A stretch of 64,000 bases of DNA, taken from Desulfobacterales bacterium (GTDB lineage Bacteria; Desulfobacterota; Desulfobacteria; Desulfobacterales; UBA5616). The notes beneath the pieces are model-generated. The model had not been told where the DNA came from. It worked only from the letters and a program-made list of their open reading frames with translations, and did no database searches. This document shows positions 46,729-57,408 of the stretch, piece by piece (position 1 is the first letter of the stretch; the number at the start of each line of letters is the position of its first letter). A program made the translations under genes and the position numbers. The stretch is from assembly GCA_046483495.1 (NCBI GenBank), contig JAWODC010000001.1, forward strand, positions 109,161-173,160, read 5' to 3'.

Positions 46729-47901
46729 TCAGTCCGCAAGCGCCCAGTCACCGTCTTTAACGACCACCATATTAAAAGAGGTCTCCGTGGTCAGTCCGTT
46801 GTGGTCATCCGGGCTGAAATTAAAAATGCCGTGCTGACCGACAAACCCTTTCGTATCTTCGATATGCTCCCGAATAGCCGCCTTATCGCACCCCGCTTCG
46901 GCAAGGACATCCGCAACCAGTTTGAGCGCATCCCAGGCATGACCTCCAAAAGAACTCAACGGTTCGTCATAAGTGGACTGGTATTGCTTCAGGTAGGTCA
47001 TGGTAACCTCTTTTTGCGGATGGTCTTCGGGCAGAATCTCGGCAATATTGCATGCACCCAGCGGGCAATAGACGCCTTCGGCGGCACCGGCTGCCAATTC
47101 GATGTTTTCACGGCTGCCGAACCCATGGCTTTGGTAGAATTCGATGTCCGTCATGCCCAGATCCCGACAATTTCGAAGAACGGTCACTTGTGTGGGGCCG
47201 ATGGACCAATTTACGATGGCCTGGGGCGCTTTGCCTTTTATTTTTGTCAATTGGGCCGTCATATCGGTGTCTTTGGGACCGTATTTTTCATCCGCGACGA
47301 TCTCCATGCCGAAATCCGGGGCCATCCGGAGCAGCTCTTCTCTGCCGCTGGCCCCATAGCCGGTGGTCCCGGAAAGGATGGCGATACTGCTGATCCCCTT
47401 CTTTTTCATATGATTATAGATGGCCTCTACCGCCATGCTGTCGGACTGCGGCGTCTTGAACACCCATTTATACGGCTTTCCGGTTTTCTCGTTGTGAACG
47501 ATCTTATAGCTGGCAGCGCACGAAACCAGCGGAATTTCATGCTGCTGCACAACCGGAATCACGGCAAAAGAAAGGCCGCTGATGGAAGGGCCGATCACCG
47601 CACAGACCTTATCTTTCGTGATCAGCTTCTTTACAGCAAGGTTACATTTGGTGGCATCGCCCTCGTCATCATAGACAATCAAATCCAGCGGATGTCCGTT
47701 GATGCCGCCGGACTTGTTTATCTCTTCTGCAAGCATGACGGCTGTCTTCTTTTCAGGATCTCCCAAAAAAGAAGCCCGACCGGTAACCGAAAAAACGGCA
47801 CCCACTTTGTAGGGCTCTTTTTCGGCAATCGCCGGACCCTCAGCCCACGCCAGCCCCATCAGGCAGACTGAAACAACTGCGACAACTTTCGTGAATTTCA
47901 T
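46729..47901 (-). CDS. ABC transporter periplasmic binding protein (LivK family, probably aromatic/organic acid)
   Basis: Signal peptide, INKSGGINGHPL, FKTPQSD, FNFSPDDHNG; ATG 47901 behind GGAGG. Confidence 0.88.
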   Translation of the reverse strand: MKFTKVVAVVSVCLMGLAWAEGPAIAEKEPYKVGAVFSVTGRASFLGDPEKKTAVMLAEEINKSGGINGHPLDLIVYDDEGDATKCNLAVKKLITKDKVCAVIGPSISGLSFAVIPVVQQHEIPLVSCAASYKIVHNEKTGKPYKWVFKTPQSDSMAVEAIYNHMKKKGISSIAILSGTTGYGASGREELLRMAPDFGMEIVADEKYGPKDTDMTAQLTKIKGKAPQAIVNWSIGPTQVTVLRNCRDLGMTDIEFYQSHGFGSRENIELAAGAAEGVYCPLGACNIAEILPEDHPQKEVTMTYLKQYQSTYDEPLSSFGGHAWDALKLVADVLAEAGCDKAAIREHIEDTKGFVGQHGIFNFSPDDHNGLTTETSFNMVVVKDGDWALAD

Positions 47902-47964
47902 CGCCCCTCCTTTTGATCTGGTGTCCACCCGTTTCCGAATGGCCACAAATTTGATGATATGGGG

Positions 47965-48396
47965 TTACATGCGATGCACTTTATCACCGCTGATGATGGT
48001 GACCCCATGGTCGGTCAATACCTTTATCGCCTCATCGGTGTTGTCGAATCGAAAAACCATTACCGCATGGCCGTTTCTCTGGGTCACTAAAGAGTACATG
48101 TATTCAACGTTCAGTTTGGCCCTGTTGAGTATCTCCAAAATCGTGTTCAAGCCGCCCGGCTTGTCTTCCACCTCGACCACGACCACATTGGTTTTGCCGA
48201 CGCTGAAACCACTGTCCTTAAGTGCTTTTTCAGCCTTTTCATTGCTGTCGACGATCAGGCGCAGAACCCCGAATTCGGATGTATCGGCGACCGACAGCGC
48301 CCTGATATTCACCCCCGCCTCACTAAGGATGGCCGTCACTTCGGCGAGGCGCCCCGCCTTGTTTTCCAGAAAAATTGAAATCTGTTCTACTTTCAT
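47965..48396 (-). CDS. ACT-domain protein (PaaK-associated)
   Basis: QISIFLENKAGRL, ADTSEFGVLRLIV, DKPGGL, NVEYMY. Confidence 0.9.
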   Translation of the reverse strand: MKVEQISIFLENKAGRLAEVTAILSEAGVNIRALSVADTSEFGVLRLIVDSNEKAEKALKDSGFSVGKTNVVVVEVEDKPGGLNTILEILNRAKLNVEYMYSLVTQRNGHAVMVFRFDNTDEAIKVLTDHGVTIISGDKVHRM

Positions 48397-48457
48397 GATT
48401 TCCTCCTTTAAAGGAAGATACGCATCCGGAGATAATTTCCACCGAGGAGAATCGACA

Positions 48458-49759
48458 CTAAATGGTGCGGTGATCGATGACCCTTACCGCTTTTCCTTCA
48501 CTCCGGGCGATGGTTTTGGGTTCCACCAGTTTAACCTTGGCCGAAACCCCGAGATAATCCTTGATGTTCTTGGATATTTTCTTTTCTTCATCCTGAAGAA
48601 CCTTTACCTCGTCTGAAAACAGGCGCTCCCCCACCTCGACCAGGATCGTCAATACATCCAGATTGTCCTCGCGGTCGACAATCAGCTGGTAATGCGGCTC
48701 GATGCCCTCCGTTTCCATCAAAACGCTCTCGATCTGGGATGGAAACACATTCACCCCTCGGATAATGATCATATCATCGGTCCTGCCGCTGACTTTATGC
48801 ATTCGGATATGCGTGCGGCCGCACGCGCACGGTTCCGGATTCAGCGACGTGATATCGCGGGTTCGGTATCGGATGACCGGAAAAGCCTCCTTGGTAATCG
48901 ACGTAAATACGAGTTCTCCCGTTTCACCGTAGGGCAGCACCTCTCCGGTAGCGGGATCGATGATTTCAGGAATGAAATGATCTTCGAAAATATGAAGCCC
49001 CTGCTTCATCTCGTGGCATTCCATGGAAACTCCGGGGCCCATCACTTCGCTCAAGCCGTAAATATCCACGGCCGTCAACCCCAATTTTTCTTCGAGTTCC
49101 ATCCGCATGTGTTCAGACCACGGCTCGGCACCGAATATACCGAATTTGAATTTAAAATCCCTGAACGATACGCCCAAATCTTCCGCAACCTCGGCCAGGT
49201 GCAGTGCATATGATGGGGTCGACGTCAGAATCGTGGGCCCGAAGTCTTTCATCAACGTGATCTGCCTTTTCGTATTCCCGCCGCTGACCGGGATGACGGA
49301 TGCCCCGAGCTTTTCAGCACCATAGTGTATGCCGAGCCCACCGGTAAACAGACCGTAGCCGTATGCGTTGTGGATGATATCCCCTCGATTTGCACCTCCC
49401 GCCGAAAGTGAACGGGCCATTAGTTCCGCCCATGTCTTGATGTCCCGGGCCGTGTATCCGACAACCGTGGGTTTTCCGGTGGTCCCGGATGAGGCATGGA
49501 TGCGTACGATGTTGTCCATGGGGACGGCGAACATGCCGAATGGATAATTGTCGCGCAAATCCAACTTCGTGGTAAACGGAAGCCGGCTTAAATCCCGGAG
49601 GTTTTCGATATCTTGGGGTTTAACTCCATGCTTGTCGAAACTTTTTCGGTAAAACGGTACATTGTAATATGCTCTTTCAACTGTCGCTTTAAGCCTCCTG
49701 AGTTGAATGATTTCAAGATCTTCCCTGGGCATGGTTTCAAACCCGATGTCGAGAATCAT
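48458..49759 (-). CDS. paaK: Phenylacetate-CoA ligase family protein
   Basis: [52 protein letters not shown]; start at ATG 49759. Confidence 0.92.
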   Translation of the reverse strand: MILDIGFETMPREDLEIIQLRRLKATVERAYYNVPFYRKSFDKHGVKPQDIENLRDLSRLPFTTKLDLRDNYPFGMFAVPMDNIVRIHASSGTTGKPTVVGYTARDIKTWAELMARSLSAGGANRGDIIHNAYGYGLFTGGLGIHYGAEKLGASVIPVSGGNTKRQITLMKDFGPTILTSTPSYALHLAEVAEDLGVSFRDFKFKFGIFGAEPWSEHMRMELEEKLGLTAVDIYGLSEVMGPGVSMECHEMKQGLHIFEDHFIPEIIDPATGEVLPYGETGELVFTSITKEAFPVIRYRTRDITSLNPEPCACGRTHIRMHKVSGRTDDMIIIRGVNVFPSQIESVLMETEGIEPHYQLIVDREDNLDVLTILVEVGERLFSDEVKVLQDEEKKISKNIKDYLGVSAKVKLVEPKTIARSEGKAVRVIDHRTI

Positions 49760-49807
49760 TTTCCTAAGCCTCCTCATCTATTTCGGATACGATCCGGGAT
49801 CCTCAAA

Positions 49808-49850
49808 CCCGCTTTCCCTGATGGCGGCACAATGCCTTAGAAAAAGCGGG
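49808..49850. terminator. Hairpin between crt and paaK (possible terminator or processing site)
   Basis: cccgcttt ... aaagcggg inverted repeat with inner ggca/tgcc; weak U-tract. Confidence 0.35.
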
Positions 49851-49854
49851 GTGT

Positions 49855-50643
49855 TTATTTCAATTTGCCCTTGAATTCAGCCTTTCGCTTTTCCAGAAAC
49901 GCCGCTGTTCCCTCTTTCGCATCCTCGCTGGAAAAACATAGAGCGAATTCGTTGATTTCCATCTCACATCCCGAGGCTATGTCCACATTCATTCCGGTAT
50001 TGATTGCATGCTTTGCCGCACGCAACGACACCCGGCCTTTCGAGCATATCTCACGGGCTGTTTTATAGACTTCTTCCATGAGCAGTTCCGGCGTGCAGAC
50101 CCGGTTTACCATTCCAATCCGAAGGGCTTCATCAGCGGAAATGAGCTTTCCGGTAAAGATCATCTCCTTTGCGGTATTCGTCCCGATCAGGCGGGACATT
50201 CTCTGGGTGCCGCCGAACCCGGGGATCAGTCCCAGGTTAATTTCGGGAAATCCGAATTTGGCATTCGAAGAGGCATAAATGAAGTCGGAGGCCAATGCAA
50301 TTTCGCTCCCGCCTCCGAGTGCAAAACCGTTTGCCGCAGTGATTACCGGGATAGGAAGTTCCTGAAGCTTGCTGATGATCATGTGGCCCTTTTTGGAAAA
50401 AAGCCTGCTTGCCAGCGAATCGAAAACGGCCAGTTCCGAGATGTCGGCGCCGGCGACGAATGCCTTTTCACCGGCCCCCGTAAGGATCAGCACACGAATG
50501 CCGTCATCGGATTTTACAGCATCCAAAACATGGGATAATTCGTCCAGCAGGGCAGAATTGATGGCATTCAAGGCCTTGGGACGATTAAAAGTGATTATGC
50601 CGATACCTTCGTCAACAGAAAATAAGATCGTTTCATACGTCAT
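49855..50643 (-). CDS. crt: Enoyl-CoA hydratase (crotonase)
   Basis: NRPKALNA, AFVAGADI, ALGGGSE, PEINLGLIPGFGGTQR, AFLEKR. Confidence 0.92.
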   Translation of the reverse strand: MTYETILFSVDEGIGIITFNRPKALNAINSALLDELSHVLDAVKSDDGIRVLILTGAGEKAFVAGADISELAVFDSLASRLFSKKGHMIISKLQELPIPVITAANGFALGGGSEIALASDFIYASSNAKFGFPEINLGLIPGFGGTQRMSRLIGTNTAKEMIFTGKLISADEALRIGMVNRVCTPELLMEEVYKTAREICSKGRVSLRAAKHAINTGMNVDIASGCEMEINEFALCFSSEDAKEGTAAFLEKRKAEFKGKLK

Positions 50644-50768
50644 GATGCTCTCCTGATCCACAATCCATACAGGTTTGCTGCGTTAAGGCCGATGCCGGAT
50701 GGAAATTCGGTTAATTTTTCAATCACTATCCGGCACGTTGGGCATTTACCATTTCTATGTCCCCGGCG

Positions 50769-52847
50769 TCAACCGGTTGTTCCACTTTTTTGATTGATAT
50801 TCGATAGCTTGTTGGGATTCGTTTCCGTAATATAGGCTTTTACACCCCGGACAATGGCTTCACAGATGTGATCCTGATAATGTTGATTTATCAGCCGGCC
50901 GCATTCCCTCGGATTGCTGATAAAGGAGGTTTCGATGAGGATGGCCGGCATTTGGGCGCCCAACAACACATAAAACGGCGCCTGCTTAACCCCGTTGTTT
51001 TTGATATAGCTGTATTTTCGGCCCATATCCCGGCACATGGCTTCCTGCACAAATGCGGCCAATCGGCTCGATTCATTGATTTTTGCATTTTGCATCAGGT
51101 CGGACAATATCGATTGAAGGTCGCTGATGTTTTTGGTCGATGTCGCATTTTCCCGTGCCGCGACCCTGATTGATTCATCGTCCGTTGCCAAGTTCAGGAA
51201 AAACGTTTCGATGCCGTATACATTTCTATTCCGATGCGCATTGGCGTGTATGGAAATGAACAGATCCGCGTTTTTGGTGTTTGCAATGGCCGTTCGCTCT
51301 TCAAGGGTGAGATAGCGATCGGAATTCCGGGTTAAAATGGTGTTGCATTTCAGTTCGCGCCTGATCTTTTCGGCCAGTTTTCGGGCGATCGAGAGGTTTA
51401 CGTTCTTTTCAAGTGCATTTTGGGTCGGCCCAACGGCACCCGGGTCCTTACCCCCGTGGCCGGGGTCGATAACCACCGTGTTCACGCCCAGCGCCAGTTG
51501 TCTGGCCAGGGAACCGGCCGGCAGGTTGTCCCGATCCGCCGACTGCCGAGCCTTTGCCTTTTCCGCTTGCTTGTCGGGTTCGTCACCCCAGACATCGATG
51601 ACAATCCGGAAAGGCTCCCGAAGCGGGAACAATTTGTAGGACTGAAACGATTTGATATCCACCACCACCCGGACCGTATCGTTCGTATATTGTCCGGCCC
51701 GAACCCCGCGCAATAAGTTGTCATCGATCGGGATCGTTTTTTTTAAGCCGTTCCCCAGCCGGCTGTTGCTCAAATCCACGTATAGCCTCGGCGGTTTCTT
51801 AAGTGACGGATCCTTCTTGAGCAAATGACCGTTAAATGCGGCAGGGTGATCTGCATCGATGACCACCCGGGTATAGCTTGGATTGGACCAGTACCTGATG
51901 CCCGACACGGTTGTACACTGTCCGTCGGACTTCCGACCCTCGGCCTTCGGTGTTGAACCGGTCGCAGCGGCGGCGATGACCCCGGAAATCGGATCCCGGT
52001 CCGCAACGGGGGACGATCCGGGCTTTGCGGTTTCACAGGCGATCACCTTTCCGCATATCTGACTGCGCCTGGAAAGCGCCTTTTCATGATAACGGCTGTG
52101 GGCGTACCGATCGATGATCAGCTGATAAATTTCGGCGGCCGAGCGCAAATCCCGTGAATTGAAGGAATGCCGGTACAGCTCTTCATAAAGCGCCGCTTTT
52201 TTGTAAAGCCCGGCCGCCGCCCACGGGCCGGCCGGTTCGATGCGGTAAACCGAATCGAACCGGTCGATACAGGCGATCCATCGGTCCCGATATTTTTGTT
52301 TGCGGGGATCGGCCCTTAACTCCCGGTAACAGCGTTCCGCTGCCAGATAGGCCTGTTTAGGGTCACCCGCCTTGTCTGTTTTGGCTTTCTTGGAGCTTTT
52401 TTCGCCGGCTGACCGCGTGATGGCCGCTTTTTGGGCTATCGCCCGCTGCTTGTACCGGCTGTCGGGATACCGCTTGACAATGCGGTCGAAAATGTCGATC
52501 GCCTCGGTTTTGTCCGGCTCGAACTTCAATTCCCGATAAAGCTCCCAATACAATTTTCCGGACATGTACAACCCTGCAGCCGCCCAGGGCCCATTCGCAT
52601 TCATACGGTATACGTCCTGAAATGCATCGATGCAGACAAGCCATCTTTCCCGGATCTGCCGGGCCGGCGGGCTGCCGCGAAACTTTTTGTAGCATCGCTC
52701 CGCTTTGAAATATCGGTCCTTGGCCGTTTCCGCAAGAACATCCTCTGAAGCAGCCGTTAAACAGATGGTCAGCAAAACCGGCAGCAGCAACAGCAGCAAG
52801 GCAATGTGTGAGCGATTAGTGTTTTCGGACCTCTTGAACCAGATCAT
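50769..52847 (-). CDS. N-acetylmuramoyl-L-alanine amidase with duplicated TPR-like modules and AMIN-like domain
   Basis: IDPGHGGKDPGA, LEERTAIAN, FISIHANA, APFYVL, LIETSFISN; start uncertain, overlaps mutS end. Confidence 0.9.
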   Translation of the reverse strand: MIWFKRSENTNRSHIALLLLLLPVLLTICLTAASEDVLAETAKDRYFKAERCYKKFRGSPPARQIRERWLVCIDAFQDVYRMNANGPWAAAGLYMSGKLYWELYRELKFEPDKTEAIDIFDRIVKRYPDSRYKQRAIAQKAAITRSAGEKSSKKAKTDKAGDPKQAYLAAERCYRELRADPRKQKYRDRWIACIDRFDSVYRIEPAGPWAAAGLYKKAALYEELYRHSFNSRDLRSAAEIYQLIIDRYAHSRYHEKALSRRSQICGKVIACETAKPGSSPVADRDPISGVIAAAATGSTPKAEGRKSDGQCTTVSGIRYWSNPSYTRVVIDADHPAAFNGHLLKKDPSLKKPPRLYVDLSNSRLGNGLKKTIPIDDNLLRGVRAGQYTNDTVRVVVDIKSFQSYKLFPLREPFRIVIDVWGDEPDKQAEKAKARQSADRDNLPAGSLARQLALGVNTVVIDPGHGGKDPGAVGPTQNALEKNVNLSIARKLAEKIRRELKCNTILTRNSDRYLTLEERTAIANTKNADLFISIHANAHRNRNVYGIETFFLNLATDDESIRVAARENATSTKNISDLQSILSDLMQNAKINESSRLAAFVQEAMCRDMGRKYSYIKNNGVKQAPFYVLLGAQMPAILIETSFISNPRECGRLINQHYQDHICEAIVRGVKAYITETNPNKLSNINQKSGTTG

Positions 52848-55431
52848 ACAGGCAGTTCATTGCCTCCATGGGAGTCATCAGTGAAACATCGAGCCTTTTC
52901 AACTGCTTCAGGACATGGGTTTCCCGGCTGTTGAACAGCGGCAGTTGGACATGTGTGCTTTTGCGCTCCGGCATCGCTTCGAAATCGACGGCTTCATCCA
53001 ACCGCGCGTCTTCTTTTTCGATGGCAGTCAATATTTCCTTTGCCCGATCGACTACATCCGGGGGAATTCCCGCCAGCCGTGCGACCTGAATGCCGTAGCT
53101 GCGGCTCATGCCTCCTTCGCTCAGTTTCCGCAGAAAAATAATTTCATCCTTCCATTCCCTGACGGCGATATGATAGTTCTTCACTCTGTGTTTCGTCCGG
53201 GAAAGATCGATCAGCCTGTGATAATGGGTCGCAAACAATGTTTTAACGCCGACGCCTTGCAGATCGTGCAGGTGCTCCGCTACCGCCCAGGCGATACTCA
53301 GGCCGTCGAACGTGCTGGTACCCCTGCCGATTTCATCCATGATCACCAGGCTGTCACCCGTGGCATTGTTCAAAATATTCGCCGTCTCCTCCATTTCCAC
53401 CATGAATGTGCTCTGTCCGCCGGCCAGATTGTCCAAAGCGCCGACCCGGGTAAATATTTTGTCGGTAAGGCTGATTTCAGCGGCCGCAGCCGGAACGAAG
53501 CATCCCATCTGGGCCAAAATAACGGACAAGGCGACCTGCCTCAAAACCGTCGATTTTCCGGCCATATTGGGCCCGGTGATGATGAGAACCTGATTTTCTT
53601 CATTATCCATATGTATCGAATTGGGAACGAACCGTTCGTCCTTCATCATTTTTTCGATAACCGGGTGTCTCCCATCTTCAATGATCAGCCTGCCGTCATT
53701 CCGAAGTTTGGGACGGTGATAATCGTTCTCCTCCGCCAATACCGCCAGCGCCAGCAAACAATCGACATCGGCGAGAAAATACGAAACTTCCTGTATCCGT
53801 TCATTTTCGGCAATCACCTGAGTGCGGACGCGTGCAAATATCTCGTATTCCAAAGAAGCCCTTTTTTCTTCCGCACTCAGCGCTTTGCTTTCAAAATCTT
53901 TTAGTTCCTCCGTAATATACCGTTCCGCGTTGACCAGCGTTTGTTTCCTTATCCAGTGGCCTGGAACGGCATGGATTTGACTTTTCGGAACTTCGATATA
54001 ATAGCCGAACACCTTGTTGTAGCGAACTTTCAGTGAAGGAATGCCGGTGATTTCTTTCTGGTCGGATTCAAGCCGCGCCAGAAAGCCTTTCGCGTCCCGG
54101 CTGATGCGGATCAGCGCATCGAGCTCACGGTCAAATCCCTCTTTGATGATGCCGCCTTCATTCAACACCGGGGGGGCGTCATCACGAATCGAATGTTCGA
54201 TAACCTCCGCAAGCGACTGCAGGGGGGCCGTATCTGTTTGCCATCGAAGCAATTCAGATGAGAAGGATTGCATCAGGGACTGTATGCGGGGCAGCATCTT
54301 CAAGGACAGCTTCAAGGCAACCAAATCCCGCGGGACACCCTGACCGAGTGCAATTTTGCTGCCGATGCGCTGAAGATCATATACCGATTTGAGGCACTCG
54401 CGGATATTTGCGGTCGCGGCCACGTCCGATGCAGCTTCTTCGACCGCATCCAGCCTGGCTTTGATGCTTCGGCAATCGATCAGCGGATAGCGCAGCCACT
54501 GGTGAAGACGCCTTCCTCCCATGGAGGTGAGCGTCCGGTCGATGACGGCCAACAGCGTTCCATGTATGGAGCCGGTCCGCAGATTGCGAATGAGTTCAAG
54601 ATTTTTGCAGCTGTTGTCGTCGATCGCAAGAAACTGGTCAAGACGGTAGGTTTCCAATTTTGACAGGTGTGTAAGCGGCTGCTTCTGGTTTTCACCGACA
54701 TAGTGAATCAAGGCGCCTGCGGCACCCACGCCCGCCTTCAACGACTCGCAGCCGAACCCTTCGAGAGAGTGGGTTTTGAAATGCGCCTTCAGCCGATCAC
54801 GGCTGTTTCGATATTCGAATATCCGCTCACCAATGCGGCCGATGGAGGCTTCGGAAAACGCATGCGCCACGGTTAACAAAAAAGGATCTTCCGTATTCGA
54901 ATCCGGCAACAGGATTTCCCGCGGATCGATGCGGTGAATTTCATCCAAAAGGGCACCCTCATCCGTTGATTCGGTCACACGGAAAATTCCGGTGGATATA
55001 TCCAGATAGGCGATACCCGTAGCGCCGTTTCGTCGGCTGAGTGAAAGGATGAAATTATTCGACCGCTCATCTAAAAATTCATCCTCCACAATCATACCGG
55101 GCGTGATGACTCTGACGACCTCTCGCTTGACAAGCCCCTTAGCGGATGTCGGATCTTCAACCTGATCACAAACGGCGACTTTGTAACCATTTTCCAGAAG
55201 ACGGCCGATATACCCCTTTGCCGCACGGTATGGAACACCGCACATGGGGACGGGCTCAGCCTCATGTTTATTTCTCGACGTTAATGCGATTTCCAGCGCT
55301 TTGGATGCTATTTCGGCATCTTCAAAAAACATCTCGTAAAAGTCACCCATCCGGTAAAATACGATGGCATCTTCATGCTCCTGCTTAATGGACAGGTACT
55401 GCTTTAACATGGGGGTGATTTTTACATTCAT
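52816..55431 (-). CDS. mutS: DNA mismatch repair protein MutS
   Basis: TPMLKQY, RMGDFYEMF, TGPNMAGKST, STFMVEM, DEIGRGT, ATHYH. Confidence 0.98.
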   Translation of the reverse strand: MNVKITPMLKQYLSIKQEHEDAIVFYRMGDFYEMFFEDAEIASKALEIALTSRNKHEAEPVPMCGVPYRAAKGYIGRLLENGYKVAVCDQVEDPTSAKGLVKREVVRVITPGMIVEDEFLDERSNNFILSLSRRNGATGIAYLDISTGIFRVTESTDEGALLDEIHRIDPREILLPDSNTEDPFLLTVAHAFSEASIGRIGERIFEYRNSRDRLKAHFKTHSLEGFGCESLKAGVGAAGALIHYVGENQKQPLTHLSKLETYRLDQFLAIDDNSCKNLELIRNLRTGSIHGTLLAVIDRTLTSMGGRRLHQWLRYPLIDCRSIKARLDAVEEAASDVAATANIRECLKSVYDLQRIGSKIALGQGVPRDLVALKLSLKMLPRIQSLMQSFSSELLRWQTDTAPLQSLAEVIEHSIRDDAPPVLNEGGIIKEGFDRELDALIRISRDAKGFLARLESDQKEITGIPSLKVRYNKVFGYYIEVPKSQIHAVPGHWIRKQTLVNAERYITEELKDFESKALSAEEKRASLEYEIFARVRTQVIAENERIQEVSYFLADVDCLLALAVLAEENDYHRPKLRNDGRLIIEDGRHPVIEKMMKDERFVPNSIHMDNEENQVLIITGPNMAGKSTVLRQVALSVILAQMGCFVPAAAAEISLTDKIFTRVGALDNLAGGQSTFMVEMEETANILNNATGDSLVIMDEIGRGTSTFDGLSIAWAVAEHLHDLQGVGVKTLFATHYHRLIDLSRTKHRVKNYHIAVREWKDEIIFLRKLSEGGMSRSYGIQVARLAGIPPDVVDRAKEILTAIEKEDARLDEAVDFEAMPERKSTHVQLPLFNSRETHVLKQLKRLDVSLMTPMEAMNCLYDLVQEVRKH

Positions 55432-55586
55432 GGCCGGTTTGAAATGGCGTTGAGTTGTTGCTTCAGATCGTACTGCTGCTTTTTTCTCGTTTGTCCATCA
55501 GGCCGGTCACCGGGAAAATCCGGACGTTGCCTGTCACGCGCCGCCTTTTCGATTCGAGACAAGAGAGCCTATGCAAAAAAGAGACG

Positions 55587-56009
55587 CTACTCGCCGCCTT
55601 CGGTGGGCGGTTCCTTTACGGGTTCATCTTGACCCGGCTCCGCCGGTTCACCCTGCTGCGCATGCAAGGCCGCATTCTTTTCTTCTAGGGCCGCCTTCAA
55701 AGCCGTCACTTCCTCACCCATCCTTGCAATCGTATCGGTTTGACGCTGCAGCTTGCTTTTCAGATCCTTCACGGCCTGATTGGATTTAAACCGCGCGTGG
55801 AGGCTGAAAAAATAGGCGATGAGAAGACCCGAAACGAAAAATGAGATGACGTAAACAGCAACAGGCAAAGCAGTCGTAGTGTATTTTCCCAGTAGTACGT
55901 TCAGCCGGAGCGATTCCTCCCTCAGAAACACATCCTGATTCTGAAAAATCAATAAGGAGATAAAGCCCAAAACAATCACCCAGAAAATCACTTTCGCCTT
56001 ATTCATCAA
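55587..56009 (-). CDS. LapA-family-like small membrane protein with coiled-coil tail
   Basis: TM-FQN-loop-TM then coiled coil. Confidence 0.65.
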   Translation of the reverse strand: MMNKAKVIFWVIVLGFISLLIFQNQDVFLREESLRLNVLLGKYTTTALPVAVYVISFFVSGLLIAYFFSLHARFKSNQAVKDLKSKLQRQTDTIARMGEEVTALKAALEEKNAALHAQQGEPAEPGQDEPVKEPPTEGGE

Positions 56010-56017
56010 TTTTTCTC

Positions 56018-56509
56018 CTATCGTTTGGGTGGCATCGTCAACGTCTTGAAATGCGGTTTCAATTTTTCGTACGTCTGTTTAAGGTGTTCCGGTATGACCC
56101 GAATCTCTCCGAACACCGTCAACGAATTGGTGTCGCCGTACCATCTGGGCACGATGTGAAAATGCAGGTGCTCCTCGACCCCTGCACCCGCCGCTCTTCC
56201 CAGATTGAGTCCGATATTGAATCCATCCGGCTTCATTACCGTCTTGAGTATGCCGACGGAAGCGTCGATCATCGATAAGAGTCGGCCCATGTGGTATTCT
56301 GATAGATTGTCCAAAGAAGATACGTGTTGGACGGGTGCTACGAGCAAGTGGCCGTTGATATAGGGGAATTTGTTCATCACCACCATGACGTCAGGCCCTT
56401 TTACCAGAGTAAGATCGTCTTTTTCACCCAGGGCGGCGCAAAAAATGCACTCCCCTTCCTTTTCTCCCAGAATGTATTCGATACGCCAGGGCGCCCACAT
56501 CGTTTCCAT
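56018..56509 (-). CDS. HIT-family hydrolase
   Basis: WAPWR, CIFC, NKFPY..GHL, GFNIGLNLG, HLHFHIVPRW. Confidence 0.93.
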   Translation of the reverse strand: METMWAPWRIEYILGEKEGECIFCAALGEKDDLTLVKGPDVMVVMNKFPYINGHLLVAPVQHVSSLDNLSEYHMGRLLSMIDASVGILKTVMKPDGFNIGLNLGRAAGAGVEEHLHFHIVPRWYGDTNSLTVFGEIRVIPEHLKQTYEKLKPHFKTLTMPPKR

Positions 56510-56634
56510 AGCTGCCAATTTACGATTTCGTGCCGATCCGGAAATCGATTTCCGGCGGACACTGGAAAACTGAATTAAATTTTAGGGAAATGCTTGATCT
56601 TGCCTCATTCAACTATATGGTTGTCCAAAAAAAC

Positions 56635-57378
56635 TCAAGGGTTTTTTCCGTTAAGCGGCACCAGCTCCATGTCTCCCCAGGCACCTACGGCATCCCCCAC
56701 AATTACGAGAACGCCCTGGACACCTTCGATTTTTTTTCCCGTTTCGATCGCCGTTTGGATGTCCGGTTTTCCTTTTACGATATTTCCCAGGGAAGTGGCT
56801 GCAGCGTCCGCAAGGGCGCACGAACCGGACCTGATACAGACCGCATCCGCCTTCCCCAGACTGAGGGAATGGCCGACTGTTCCGGAGGAAGTGCATACGG
56901 ATACGGGCCCTGTCAATGAATGAACCTTCACGCCGATGTTAAGGCTTAACGGCGAATTGCCCGCATAGATGCCCACGGTAACCGGATCACGGGTCTGACA
57001 GAATACATCCCCGCCGTTCTCGACGATAATTTCATCGCTGCGGTGCAGAAGGTCGCGCCCCACGCATTCAGCTACGGCTCCAGCGACCGTCGCCATCGGT
57101 CCGACGCCGGCCGACTTCGACGCCCGTATCATTTCGCTGATAACGCCATGATGAGGAACCGGCGGTTCCCAGGGCAAAAGAGACTCGGCAAACCCGGGGA
57201 ACCGGCGGCAATAGGATTCGATGAAACCGCGGCATTTCAGTACCGACTCGAGTGCCTCCCCCCTTAAATCCGTTTTGGCATGGACAAGAATATCCGTCTC
57301 CCGCACTCTGACCCGAAAGGAATGAAATCGTTTTTTGCCGACCCGGCTGCGGTAAACGTCATGCGATAGGTGTTTCAT
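56635..57378 (-). CDS. UPF0280-family (ApbE-like) protein
   Basis: VRETD, GVGPMATVAGA, VENGGD, CTSSGTVGHSLSLG, ADAAAT. Confidence 0.88.
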   Translation of the reverse strand: MKHLSHDVYRSRVGKKRFHSFRVRVRETDILVHAKTDLRGEALESVLKCRGFIESYCRRFPGFAESLLPWEPPVPHHGVISEMIRASKSAGVGPMATVAGAVAECVGRDLLHRSDEIIVENGGDVFCQTRDPVTVGIYAGNSPLSLNIGVKVHSLTGPVSVCTSSGTVGHSLSLGKADAVCIRSGSCALADAAATSLGNIVKGKPDIQTAIETGKKIEGVQGVLVIVGDAVGAWGDMELVPLNGKNP

Positions 57379-57408
57379 TATAACAAGGCAACCTCCGTTC
57401 AGGACTTT

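Noticed and set aside
46726..47871. 381-aa plus-strand ORF
   Set aside because: Antisense of the LivK-family gene.
52915..53904. 329-aa plus-strand ORF
   Set aside because: Antisense of mutS.
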